A DNA stretch of 64,000 nucleotides, from NCBI RefSeq assembly GCF_036971445.1, contig NC_091470.1, forward strand, positions 228,036,001 to 228,100,000, read 5' to 3'. How positions within the stretch are numbered: the first letter of the stretch is position 1; each line of letters starts with the position of its first letter. The position numbers and the translations under genes are program-made. Shown in pieces: positions 50,740 through 64,000 of the stretch. Under the pieces are notes generated by a model, which was not told the origin of the DNA, made no database searches, and saw only the letters and a program-made list of their open reading frames with translations. Source of the stretch: Narcine bancroftii. Taxonomy: Eukaryota.

Positions 50740-51001
50740 TGTAGTGCTCGTCAAAAGAACCAAAGACTTGTTGATCCAAACCAAGGCTTTTATTAGCAAA
50801 AGACAGGAGCTCTTCACAGGTGGCCGACCAGTCCGGAATGATCCGACCTGGCTAGGGACACAACCCTCTAAGGCCCAGACAGTAGGCGTGGTTATTTGAT
50901 GTGATACTTTGAGGCTATTTTACAGCCAATCGCTGTAAGCACAGTCATTACGTTCTAGATACTGTAACTATATACATTGGTGATAGGTCTGTACTATCAC
51001 A
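50740..51001 (-). repeat. Solo LTR of the 19732-24657 Gypsy family
   Basis: tgtagtgctcgtc...ctgtactatcaca aligns to 19732-19971, with local insertions. Flanks atgat/atggt (5-bp TSD, 1 mismatch). Confidence 0.92.
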
Positions 51002-54000
51002 ATGGTTGTATGAAAAAAGAAGGCAGGCTCTTTCCTTTACAAAGGGACCAGGTCCAAATTATTGGTATATATCTTTGCTTCTTATGGACAGTGTGGGACA
51101 TACTGAGTTTCTCCAGCACATTTGTATATTAACTGTGTTTACAATCACCTCCCTTGCAGACTTTCTTACTTCATTCAAAGACAATTTCTACAGATGTGTG
51201 GTGAAAAGTGTGCTGACTGGCTGCATTACAGACTGGTACGGGGACACTAATACCACTGAGTGGAAAGCCCCACAAAAGGAGGCAAAACCCTCCCATCATC
51301 AAGAACATCTACAGAGAACGCTGCCATCAGAGAGCAGCAGTAATCATCAAGGATCCCTGCCACCCAGCACAAGCTCTGTTCTTGCTGCTGCCAACAGGAA
51401 AAAAGTATAGGTGCTACAAGACTTGTACCACCAGGTTCAGAAACAGCTGCTACCCCTCCACTGTCAAACTCCCCAACTCCCCAACGACAAACTTAATCAG
51501 AGACTCATTTCAGGACTTGCTCTTTGTACACTATTTATTATTGAATATTTATTTTCTGTTATATTTATTATCAAACAGCCAGTTTGTTCACATTTATCAC
51601 TTTTGTATATGTATCTTTTTATTTGAGAACAGTTTTTTTGTACTAAATAAAAATTCTGCCGAGCCCGCAGGGAAAAGAATCTCAGGGTTTTTTTTATGTG
51701 ATGTCATGGATGTACTCTGACAATAACATGTGAACTTAGCTCTGTGATCAACAGCTTTGTGGAAGAGGATAGATCTGTAACAGCTGGACATATCAGCACT
51801 GTCTGTAAGGAGTTTGTATGTTCTCCCCAAGTCTGCATGAGTTTTCTCCAGATGCTCCATTTTCTACCTACCCTCAAAACGTACTGGGGTTATAGGTTAA
51901 TTGGATATAATTGGGCAGCACAGGCTCAAGAACCCAAAGGTCCTGTTACTGTGCTGTATGTCTATAAATTCTATAGCTGAGACATTATTTCCCATATTTT
52001 TTCATCTCTTGAGGCAGAAATTCATGCATTGTGCATTGTGCAGATTCTATGGGAAACAGCAGGATTTCAGAATCTCACATAGAGCCCTTTGTCTGTTTAT
52101 GAGGAATGGAGTGTTGTTTTCTCATTCAACAATACCAGCCTTGCAGTGTACTTTCATTTCCCTGCATAAATAAATTTGCCAGATAAAGGTAATGGGTGCA
52201 ATTCTAAATGATTTGTTATCTTGGAGCTCTGAAGCCAAATAGATTTTCTTAGCTTTTCCCTTTATGATTTAGTGTAAAAAAGATAACAAACAGAATCTTT
52301 ATACTGTGCTAGACACTTATCCCTAAATATATAATTATTCTTTATTTATATTTTGGCTCAGACTAGTAATATAATTAGGTTTTTTGTGGCATTGATCCAA
52401 TTTACTTTAATGGGCTGTATTATTAGTGAAAACTTTAGCATTGATTAGCCTAAGTGCTGTAACCGTAGGATAGGATTCAGATTCTATTTCAAATTTCTCC
52501 TTGCAAAATTTCTTTCTGCATTTGGTTTATATTGCAACATATATTGTACATTATTCCTTTATACTATGAAGAATAGGATTTTAAATCTCAAGAATTCTCA
52601 GAGTATGAGCAGAAAGAAAAGAAAAGATCCTCAATGTATCACATCGAAAAATGAGAATAAACAATTAATCATGTTAGACTATCATGAAAAAACAACATGG
52701 GAAAAAGTTTAATTTTAATCCATTTGCCATTATCCTGTTTTAATGATTAAACAAGGATCCTGAATTATCTTGCATCCTGAATTAGCACAGCAAGTAACCT
52801 CCTATGTTTAGATCCAGCAGAAGTAACAGAGGAAGAGTGCTATGAAAACACAATACATCTGAAGATACAAATGATGAGAATCCCTTCAAGTTATACTAAT
52901 GGCATAGTGCTTCATAATAAAAATTATGTAGTTGAATTTCTCAGCAAGTATGCTAGTTCTTATAATCTGCAGATTTAGTATCCATAGAATCTGTGTACTT
53001 CCAGTTGGTTCTATATTACTGGGAGCGTAGGTTGGGTTTGTGGAGCACTCTGTTTTGAGGAGTTGAAACATTCAAGAAACGTAATGTTGTTGCACAGAAA
53101 AAAAGCCCTTTTGATAAGTTATTACATCTTTCATAGCATCGCCTGTAGTCTTAGTGTTACCCATCTTTTTATGTATACCATGGTAAATCTGTGTCCCTGT
53201 CCCTTGCTTTCCTGAGGATTTTAGTGTACATCTGAAGACTAGAGAATGCAGAATATGCAGCACCAAAAAAATTAAATCTGGGTAGTTACATTTAAATTAA
53301 GTAATTTCAATGAAAATAATCTTCAAGCTTGGCTTTATACCAAGACATTGTCAATATAATTTTTCTAGTATGTTCTATGTTCTAAGTGCTCCATCTCCAC
53401 ACTTTATGGCCTGCTTTGATCTGAAAAATTGTCAGGGTGTCATTGAAAATCTAAATTTTTTTAAAACCAAAAATAAACTTTATTCACAATATATTATTTA
53501 GAAAAAAATAACTTTTCAAAGACCTTTCACATCCGTAGCATACATTTCTAGCACTCTATTTAGCAGCATTGCCACCCCTGTGGCACCTTGTCATTACTCC
53601 CCCCTCTGTTGTTTGTGGGGCTTCTCCTCAGTCTCAGCCCCTCAATGCCCAGTAACTGTGGTCCTTCCCCACAATGCCCTCACCTTGGCTGCTCCAAGCC
53701 TCAATGCATCCATCAGTATGTACTCCTGCAGCCTGGAATGTGCCAGTTGGCAAATGGCCAAATGGCAAGTTCGTGATCTTCTAGCAGCCCTGGATGTTTG
53801 TGCTTTGTGTGTCTTTTCGGACAATTCACAGTTGTAGTTTTACACAGAGGCTGCGGTCTGCAGGAACTGGCTCATGGGGACCTGGAACTCAGGTTGCCAA
53901 TGGTTTGAACAAGAGTGCTTGCAGCCTCAGAGGCAACGTGAATCCATGGGTACTCAGGTTCTCTGAAGGAACTCGCTTTTGCTTCTCTGTCTTTTCTTAT

Positions 54001-54109
54001 TGGGGGCACTAGGCAAAACTCATGGTGACTCTTTGCCTTACAGCAGACAAAAGTTGAAGTGTATAATTTTTATGTGTTATTACACGACTATAAAAGGAAT
54101 CTTTGAACC

Positions 54110-55160
54110 TCTGAACAAAAGAAATTGATGCATGTAGGGTAGTAGATGTGGTGGATATAAATTTTAGTAAGGTATTTGACAAGGTCCCCCATGGTAGACT
54201 CATTGATAAAATCATTGGCTTCCTTGTGGAGAGTAGTAATAGGAATGTATTCTGGTTGGAGGTCAGTGATTAGTGGTGTTCCGCAGGGATATATTCTGGG
54301 ACCCCTGCACATTGTGATTTTTATAAAAGACAAAGAAGTAGAAGGATGGCTCAGTAAGTCTGCAGATGACATGAAGGTTAGAGGTGTTGTGGTTAGTGCA
54401 GAAGGTTTTTGTAGGTTAAAACAGGATGTAGAAAGGAGGCAGTGTTGACCAGAAAAGTGGCAGATGGAAGTCAATCTGGATAAGGATGAACTTGAAAGAG
54501 GAGTTTGGTTAATGGCAGGATTCTTAAGCATGGAAAAAGAAAGAGACCTTGGGATTCCAATCCATACATCTCTCAAGATTGCCATGCAGGTTGACAAGGC
54601 ATATGGTATGCTGGCTTTCATTAGTCACAGGATTGAGTTTGAGTTATAAGGTCATTTTAGATCTCTGGACCACTCTGATTATACCACAATTAGAATATTG
54701 TGTTCACTTCTTGTTGCCTTATTACAGGAAGTATGTGGAAACATTGGAGAGGGACCAGAGGAGATGTACCAGAATGTTGCCTGGATTGGAGAATTGGAGA
54801 GGTGAATTAGAGGTTTGCAAGGTTATGAGAGACAGATAGGGTGGACAGATAGGACTTTTTTTTCCAAGTCCTTGAATGGCAAACACCAGAGGAAATCTGT
54901 ACAAGGTAAGGGGTAGGGGGAAGTTAAGAGTAAGTCTTCGATACAGAGTACCGGGTGCCTGGAATGCATTGCCAGGAAGGAGGCTGGTACAACATTGGCA
55001 TTTTAAATAATCTTACATAGATACATGGATACAAGAAAAATAGAAAAATAAATGGGTGTGAGGTAGGAAAGGTTTAATTTGTTGAGTGGTTTTACATGGG
55101 TTGGCATAACATCATGGGCCAAAGTGCCTGTAGTGTGCTGTAAATTTCTATGTTCAATAT
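54110..55160 (+). mobile_element. CR1 RT-to-3' fragment
   Basis: tttagtaaggtatttgacaaggtccc (FSKVFDKV), SGVPQGYILGPL, PQLEYCVHF and a CR1-type 3' end. Confidence 0.85.
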
Positions 55161-56829
55161 TTATAGAGTTAAACTCAATGGCTTCCCTTTTGTGATAACA
55201 CTTACCATATTGCTCAATGATTGTAGTTTGTATTTATACATACACCCTTAAAGAGAGAAATCTTTACATATAATCTCTTTTTTGAAGCCTGTATTAGGGC
55301 TTTTTACATCTCTTCATCAGTTGTCAAATGTAAATTAGCATTTTATCTTTTCTGCTGCTCACAGACTTGTATCTTTTGGTTTTTATTTGTGTCTTGCCCA
55401 ATTTGTATCTCAACTTGTCTGGATGTCTTGCTTAATCAAGGAAAGTTTGTTTTGTGTTATGTAATAACATAAAAATGTAATATACATAATATACTTCAAC
55501 TTTTGTTTGCTACAAGGTAAACCAAAGAGTTGTCATAAAATTGCCCAGCGCTCCCAACAATAGGAGAAAGAGGAGCAAAAGAGAGACTCTTTAAAGACAC
55601 TGTGTCCATGGATTCACTTCCAGCGCTTCCACAAGCTCTGCAGCCACACAGACAACTGTTCCATCCATCAGCAACCAAAGCTCCAGGTCCAAACCTCTGA
55701 TACATTCAGGAAGCTTTCAACACCCGGGGCCCTTAGGGAGCCCTTCTTGTCCTCAGCACCATCTTGAATTTTGGTTCTGATATCAGGTTCCCATGAGTCA
55801 GTCTTTAGCAGTCCACAGCCTGTGTAAGTCCTTCAACCGCTGAGCCCCTTGCTGGTTCGCTGCTGTGGTCACCTTCCCTGTAGGGTCGTTTCAATTGCTT
55901 CTCCTTCTCAGTGGGGGGGGGGGAGGGGTGGTTTATGTGTTCTCCCCATTTTCTGGTGCCCTGTGCTGATCCATTGATCCCTCAGAGTCTGCAAACCCTT
56001 GTGGAACACTGCTCAACACAGGCACTGCCAAAGGATGGCAGTGTTGTACCAGGAATCAAGGATAAAGTCATGTCATGAAGTCTATATGTAGAAGCAATCA
56101 TATTCGCAGTATCCTGACATTTAAGGTTCTACAGTAATGGCAAGCAGCAATGTAAATACTTAAGTGCTGCACTACAAGTTAGGCAGCATTTGCAGTTTTA
56201 AGTTCATTATTTCAGAAATGATATAACAAGGTGGATAAAATCAGTATCAAATAGCCAAAATAGCCAGGGACATGTTATTTTTTAAATTTAGACATACAGC
56301 ACAGTAACATTTTGGCCCATGAGTCCGTGCCGCCAAATTTACACCCAATTAACCTACAATCTCGGTACATTTCGAAGAATGTGAAGAAACTGGAGCACCC
56401 AGATAAAATCCATGGAGACACAGGGAGAACATACAGTCATTACAGACAGCGCAGGATTTGAACCTTGGTCCCGATCGCTGGCACTGTAAAGGCGTTGCGC
56501 TAACTGCTGCACCAACCATACCGCCCTCGTTATCTTCATGAAACAAGATTTATTAATGTAGTTGAACGTGTGAGGAGGTGGCACAATTTTGGACACAGTG
56601 GCCTCTCCAGGACACCAGTACTTTCACTTTGTTTTCTTTAATTACAGTTAAATAGTTCAGTTAAAGTGTCATATAGTTATATAATTTTAGTTTGTAAAGT
56701 CATGACTATCCGTTGCTACAGTTTAAAATACTTAAAGTTGGTTAGAAATGTATACTTACCTCTGGGAAGATCACTGGGCCAAGCTAAACGACCACGAACT
56801 GCTGTGGGATCTTGGCCTCGGGATCGCTG

Positions 56830-57080
56830 AGGAGAAGGAAGTGGTGTGTGAGGTGGACAAAGCACGGTAAGGATGTGTACTAAGGTGAGAATAAACCCCT
56901 GCCACCTGGCTCTCCCATCCATCCAGCTTGCCAACATCTGCTTCCTGGTGAATAAAATAGATGACATCCGACTCCAGAGGGCCATGCAACATGAGCACTG
57001 GGACTGCTGTTCTTTGGTCTTCATCAAAATGTGGCTCAGCGACAGGGTCCTGGATGCTGACATTCAGCTGGACAGGTGTA
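56830..57080 (+). mobile_element. Rex1/Babar endonuclease N-terminal fragment
   Basis: LPSIQLANICFLVNKIDDIRL...DCCSLVFIKMWLSD. Confidence 0.7.
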
Positions 57081-57242
57081 GATAGCAGTTCCAATCAGCT
57101 GCTCTGCACCCACTGCAATTGTGTTGCAGCCATTGTACAAGAAGCTCCCGTTGTACACAGTGTTTGAGTTTAATAGTGAAATGTTGATTAAAGTTACTAC
57201 TTGTGTTGTCTGCATATTTGGAGCAATAACAAACATGGTGTC

Positions 57243-60200
57243 TGTGGTGGTACACTACCGGCCTACTGAAGGGGGAAACCTCTGTACCTGCAGGAGTGTA
57301 AGGGGTACAAGACAACACCTGGCCAGCTGTCAATCAGTTGACCTGAATGGATCAAGCCCCACCCAATCAAATGTCAATCACTCTCTGAGATATAAGCCTG
57401 CGCCGGCCTCTGAAGTTACTGCAGCAACAGCCAGCCTGGCTCTGTGGAAGTCTTTGTTGATTAAAGCCTATTTAACAGTCTTTACCTGTGTGTGTCTGGT
57501 TCTGTCTAACAGCTCACCACAGTGTCAGAAGTGGGATTGCTTGCATCCCAAGCCTGAAGTCTTCAAAGTGAAAAGTGAGTAGCCAGCGCCATGCTTGCAA
57601 CACGTTTGTAACTGCACCATAATGGCAGATGAATTCAGAAGGCCCAACCTGCTCGTGTTTGAGGGCAATGTGGCCAAGAATTGGCGCATATTTGAATGAG
57701 TCAGAGCATATATTTTACTAAATTTGACAGGCTCCAAGGCCATTGAAAGGGAAAGGTCATTCATATATGCAAACGAGGTGCGCGAAGGGAGTATCGTTAT
57801 CAACCTGGGTGAGTCGAGAGAGGACCCTGAATGTTTAATAAGAAAATTTCAAGAAATGTGTAATCCACAAAAGAACTTAATGATGGAAAGACACAGATTT
57901 AATACCAGAAACCAGAGACCTGGCGAGTTGATTCACTCATACATCAGCAACTTAAAAATCAGACCCATGATTTCAGAGCGCTCTGTGAAGAGTTGATTAA
58001 AGACAGGATCATCTGCGGCATCTGCAATGAAGGCATGAGAAAGGCAGTGCTGAGTGACAGTGAACTAATGCTTGCAAAGGCCATCTCCACATGTTTGACC
58101 TACGAAGCCTCAGAGGAGAACAGCAGAAAGCCAGCCCCTCCAGAGCAGTAAGGCACGAGCGTAGACACAGTACTGCATATAGGCAGTGGCCGATAGCCAG
58201 AAGAAGACGAAGCCAACCAAGCCTTACTACACCATCACCTATGATGGAGTACAGTAACTGCAACGGTGACCTCGTGGCAAGATGAGAGATGTGCCCACCA
58301 TTTGACCAACAATGCAGAGCCTGCCGAAAATGGAACCATTTTAGCAGATACTGCAGAGCCAGGCAGCAACTCACCCCGAGACCCAGATACAGAAGGATGA
58401 TTAACCAGTTGGAACCTGAGCAAGGACAAACCAACTCGGACAACGAGTATTACCTTGATGGATTGACTTTGCAGATGGCAGGAGACCCAGCAAGAATCAG
58501 AAGGAACAAGAAAGCATTTATAGCAATGAAGATTATGGTGAGAGGCGTACCATGTGACGACATGGGGTTAGACTGATAATCCCTGCTCTCCTTGAAAAAG
58601 TAACAAAAAGGTTATAAAAGTTACAGAAAATATATGAAAGAACTGTCGAAAGACACATAGAAAACATCAACAATGCCACCAAAGAAGGATAAAGGACTTA
58701 CTACTGTACAAGAAACTGAGCAAGAAAAGGAAGAAAGGGCTACCATAAGAAAAGATCCTGGAGCTGTTCGTAAGGCAGTATCCAAAGGAGAGATGCCAGA
58801 AGATTGGAAGACCTTGGACACTGCTGCACAAGGTCTCCCCCCCCCCATGGCTGTCGACATCAGGTGAAAAAAATGACTCTGTGCATGCATACAAAAAAAA
58901 GCTCCAGTGATCAAGAAGAAGACCTGAAAAAGCAAAGGAAAGAACAGGAATGACCAAAAAATTTAAAAAAAAAGGTGCAGAAGCTTCTTTATCTTCTGGT
59001 GAATTAAAGCAAATGTTAGATTTTTTTGGGTAATCCATGGAAGTGTTAACTGATGAAGTAAGGAAGAATGGTGATAAGGAAAAGATTAATACAACAGTTG
59101 GACACTAGATTTGAAATAGTGGATGGAAAAATTAAAGGGAATGAATTTGAAGTCCAAAATCTTAAAGATCAAATGAAGAAAGCACAAGCAGAAGCATGAT
59201 CCGTTAATGCAAAAAATAGATTTTTTGGAAAATTTTAGTAGATGGAATAATATCAAGATTGTTGGGCTTAAAGAAGGGGATGAGGGTCAAGATTGGAAAA
59301 AAGTTCTGCAACGGTGATACTGGAATCTTTGGGTCAGGCTGCATTTCAAGGTGATTTGGAGATGGAATGAGCCCATAGGACACTGAAACCTAAACCTCAG
59401 TCTAACCAAAGGTCCCATCCAATACTTGTCAGATTCCTTCGTAATGAAGATATTGGAGCTGGCAGTGAAACAAGCAGAAGAAAGACTATCACCTTTGATT
59501 TATAATGGAAATAAGATTTTTAAAAATCCAGATATAAGTTTTGATTTGTTGAACAAGAAAAAGGAGTTTAATCCGGTTAAAGATGTATTGTGGAAAAAAA
59601 GGCTATGCCTTTGTTTTGAGATATCCAGCTGTTTCGAAAGTATTCGTCCCGGGAGGGAGGAATAGATTTTTTACTGTGCCTAATGAAGTAAAAGTATATG
59701 CCACTTCATTACCTGTTAAAGATCAGCAGATGGTTGTAGACACTTGAATTCATTATATAACTGAGAGATTTTGCTGTAACTGAAAATACATTGAGTTTTG
59801 AGAAAATTTAAAAAGGGAGGACTGTTTAACCTATATTGTGTGTGATCTAATATACTGGATAAGATTAATGGATTAAAAGGTCTATTGATAAGCTTATAGT
59901 AAGGGATGGTAATGATGTTTCGAGTGAGTTAGTTGAAAATGTGATGCTGACCACTATGGTATCATGGGCACTATTGCAACCAGGTTTGCATCCCGTATAG
60001 ATCAGGATGATGGAGATGCTTTAACATCACATGCCTCTGGGGTTTTTCCTTATCATTCTTCTTTTTTTTCCTTTCTTATCTTTTCTTTTTTTGGTTCTTA
60101 GGCTGGACTGTTTATAGATGTAAGATATGATATGGGGAGGGTTGGGTTGGATGGGGAGATGGAGGGGGATGCTGGAGGGATATAGGTTTTCATTTTGATG

Positions 60201-63200
60201 TCTAATGGCAGTAAAACTATCATTTATTAATATTAATGGAATTCAGAATCTGATAAAGAGAAAAAGGTTATTGAGTTATATGAAAAAAGCTAAAGTAGAT
60301 GTGGCTTTTATGCAAGAAACTCAAAATTATATAAATCAGAATCTTTGAAGGATGGGGATAAAATAGATGATTATTGGTCCAAAATTACTTTACCACAGTT
60401 AAGCATAGAAAAGAAGACAGAATTAACAAATCCATTTACAGTTACAGAATTATATGACATATAATTTACCAAACAATAAGGCTCCAGGGGAGGAGTTTTA
60501 TAAAGAATTTAAAGAGTTATTAATTCTGATATTTATGGGGTTCTTAGATCAAATGGAAGATCTTTGGGACTTACCTGAGTCATTTAAAACTACATTAATA
60601 ACAGTTATTCCAAAAAAAGGGAAGTACCCTTTGCTTCCAACTGCATATAGACCAATTTCACTATTGAATACTGATTATAAAATTTTGTCCAAACTAATAG
60701 TGAATATATTATCTAAATGTTTACCTAAATTGATTAATATGATCCAAACAGGGTTTATTAAAAAATAGAAAATCAGCAGATAATATTGTTAGATTTTTAA
60801 GTTTAATAGATGTGGCTCAGAAAAGAAAAATACCATCAGTGGCTTTAGCTTTAGAAGCAAAAAAGGTGTTTGATAGATTAGAGTGGGACTATTTATTTAA
60901 AGTACTGAAGGTTATTGGAATTCTGACAAATTTTATAAACTGGATAAGAGCATTATATAATTCTCCAAAGGCTAAGGTGATTACAAATAAACAAATATCA
61001 ATATCTTTTTTGTTGGAAAGATCATCGAGACAAGGATGTCCAATATCTCCTTTTTTTTTATTTGCATGAGCTAGAGAACCTTTAGTTGAGGTGATTAGAA
61101 GTGATAATAAGGTTCAGGGCTTTAAGATACATGATAAAGAACAAAAAATTAGTCTTTTTGCAGATGTAATATTATATCTTACAAATCCTGAAACCTCATT
61201 ACAAAAAGTAAATGCTCACTTGGCAGAGTATGGGTTAGTATCAGGTTACAAAGTAAATAGTGATAAAAGTGAAGTAATGCCAATGATCAAGACAAACTAT
61301 GTTCAAGTTAAGAAAAGGACAAAATTTAAATGGAAGATTGGTGCAATTAAATATTTAAGAATCAATGTTGATAAGAATTTAAATAATTTATTTAAATTAA
61401 ACTACATACCTTTATTTAGAAAAAATAAAGAAGATTTATTAAGAAGGAAAGATTTGCCAATTTATTTAATAGGAAGGATTAATTGTGTGAAGATGAATAT
61501 CTTTCCTAGAATACAATACCTTTTTCAATCTTTTGTACCAATAATGTTTTTTTTCAGGATTTAAATAAAAGTGTAAGATTTATTTGGAGGGATAAAATGC
61601 CTTGAATGGGATTGGTAAAATTAACATGGAAATTTGATTAAGGGGGACTTTGACTGCCTAATTAAAAAAAAATATATTATAAAGCAGCTCAACCTAGATT
61701 TTTGTCTTCTTGTTATCTGATTGCATGGGTGCAAATTGAAATGAGTAAAATAGGAGAAAGTAATTCTGAACACATTTTATATAAATGGCATGAGGGATTA
61801 TTAAAAGGCAAATCAAATCCACCAATTTTGAAGCATATACTTAAAGTATGGAATGAAATACATGTTGAAAGAGGAATGAAGAATGGCTAAAATTATATTA
61901 AATCAAAATCCTTTAATTCCTTTTACAGTTAATAATCATTATTTCAATGTTTTCAATAATTGTGGAATAAAAAAAATAAAGGATTGTTTTTTTGACTTTT
62001 GACCAATTGAAAGATATGTATAATATACCACATAATACTATTTTTTCTTATTATCAACTTAAATCATATTTAAAAAGACAATAAGGGAGGAATTTAAAAT
62101 GACCAGAACAAAGTCCATTTAAATATCTAATAACAATACTTTTATTGAAAGATTTATTACTAATATGTAAATCAAATTACAAGAGACTATTCAGAAAAAG
62201 GATTTATTCAAATCTAAATCCAGATGGGAAAAAAAATTTAAATAAATAGATTCAAGAAGAAGTATGGTCAAAATTATGCTATGAAAGTGTGACAATACAA
62301 TTAATGTTAGATAATGGTACAATTTAATTTTTTTACATCAATTATATTATACTCCATACAAATTGCATGCAGTTCATTCTAATCAATGTTTTAAATCTAA
62401 TAAAGAGGTAGGATCTTTCCTGCATGCAGTCTGGCAATGTGAAAAGGTAGATAAGTTTTAGAAGGATATAATTTTATTGGGATGATTTTTGAAGACGCAA
62501 ATGTTGAAGGATCCCAGAGTATTTTTATTGGGAGCTATTTCCCAATTGAAGTTAGATATTTATCAAAAGAAGTTTTTAAATGTAGCAATAGCAATAGTAA
62601 AGAAATTTATAGCAGTAACATGGAAATCTGGTGATATTGTGGGGTTGAATAGATGGCGAATAGAATTATTAAATTATATACCTTTAGAGAGAATAATGTA
62701 TAATTTACAAAATCAACCAGAAAAATTTAATGATTTGGAAACCCTACATGGATTTTATTCTATGATTTTACCATCACCCTACCCATCTAACCCACCCTAA
62801 TTAGTTATGGTTTAAGATTGTTGTGTAAAGTGCAATGAATTAATCAAAAGATATAGGTTTATTAGCCAGGCTTTTCCTTATCCTTTTCCTACTTTTTTGG
62901 GGAAGGAAGGGGTGGGTGGTGGTGGGGGGGGGGGAGGAGAAAATATATAAAAATTATTACTTTTGTGTCGTAGTTTTTATTATTCTTAAGTTATGAATAA
63001 ATGCCATATATGTTTTGATGCAAATGGAAAATAAAATTTAAAAAAGATTAATGGTAAAGCAACAGACATGAAAGTTGACACTGGAGCCAAACGCAACATC
63101 ATGTCACAAAGAACGTTCAACCAACTGAGGAAGTCAGAACAGATCATACTGAGCACCAAGTCCACAAGCCTAGTGGCATACATGGGCAGCAGAATCAGAG

Positions 63201-64000
63201 CCGACGGCACAATGTGAATACAGTGCTACGTACAAAGATGGGTGCACATGCTAACTTCTTTTGTAGTTCAAGAAGTCGTCATGCCTCTGCTGGGCCTGAG
63301 CACAAGCATGGATATGGGACTTATTTTGTTTAGCAGAGAGGTACACCGGAGAAGTACGACTGAAGATTTTTTGACACACTGAATCTTTTCTGACTACAGT
63401 GACCTTTTTACGGAGAAAATGGGTAAACTGCCGATGACATACTCCAAGCAACTGACCTGGAAGTGAGGCCCGAGGTTCATCTGGCACACCATATACTAGT
63501 AGCAATGAAGGACAAGGTTTAGCTGGACAGGATGGAGGATCTGGGCATGATTACCTCAGTCTCCGAGCCCACCGTTAGGGTGTCCTCCATAGTGGCTGCT
63601 AAAAAAAGGCAGATAGGAGATCCAGTCTGCATCAACCAGAGAGACCTCAATACAGCTTTATAATGACCACACCAACCAATGCATACTGTGGAGTAAGTTG
63701 CCATGCAAATGGCCAGCACAACCGTTTATTTGGTTTTGGATGCAAAGAATTCCTTCTGGCAAATCAAACTTGACTACTAACAACAGCTGACCACATTCAG
63801 GACGAGTTTCAGCTGATACAGATTTCTGCAAATGCCATTCGGAATCAATTCAGCCAGCGACCTATTTCAAAGGTCAATGGAGCAAATCTTTGCTGGATAC
63901 CCCAGTGCCATCATTGTTGATGACATACTTGTTGGTGGCAAGGACTCGGAAGAACACCACAGAAATTTTTAAAAAAGATACTCGACATAGCCCGGAAGGT
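57243..64000 (+). mobile_element. Mag-like Gypsy element (5' LTR 57243-57521, gag, protease, RT), split by an L1 and running off the window end
   Basis: TG...CA LTR. Leu-tRNA-like PBS gtgtcagaagtgggat (57522-57537). Motifs MADEFRRPNLLVFEGNVAKNWRIF, MERHRFNTRNQRPGE, CRACRKWNHFSRYC, MKVDTGAKRNIM, LDAKNSFWQI, MPFGINSASDLFQ and IVDDILV. Confidence 0.88.
58540..63043 (+). mobile_element. L1-like LINE with intact 5' end, decayed ORF1 and internally deleted ORF2
   Basis: TSD AAGATTATGGT (58529-58539) / AAGATTAATGGT (63044-63055). ORF1 motif LENFSRWNNIKIVGLKEG. ORF2 motifs NINGI...VAFMQET, YRPISLLNTDYKIL, RQGCPISP, SLFAD and GYKVNSDKSE. AATAAA and A-rich tail. Confidence 0.92.

Noticed and set aside
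53072-53266. Minus-strand peptide GKQGTGTQIYHG, loosely resembling a kinase glycine loop
   Set aside because: The frame stops soon afterwards and no other kinase motifs follow; probably chance.

Overview
Eukaryotic, vertebrate-type DNA made almost entirely of nested transposable elements. The mix of CR1, L1/Tx1, RTE and Rex1/Babar LINEs, V-SINE-like elements, Gypsy LTR elements and an ERV suggests a cartilaginous fish (inference only). I could not identify any intact host protein-coding gene. Main contents: (1) a class III (ERV-L/S-like) provirus at 3588-10121 with a 5-bp TSD, a Ser-tRNA PBS, an internally deleted pol and a collapsed env remnant, nested in an L1 that is nested in a Rex LINE. 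(2) A near-complete minus-strand Gypsy element at 19732-24657 whose PBS position holds a 14-bp complement of its own LTR instead of a tRNA complement, a candidate self-priming element; a solo LTR of this family lies at 50740-51001. (3) Two Mag-like and one Gmr1-like (SCAN-gag) Gypsy elements. (4) An RTE LINE with a twin-priming-type 5' inversion, inside a Harbinger-like MITE inside a hAT MITE inside a Rex LINE. (5) A CpG-rich two-unit VNTR at about 30.1-30.7 kb. (6) A 5'-complete but internally deleted L1 at 58540-63043. Family assignments come from motif recognition by eye, not from database searches.
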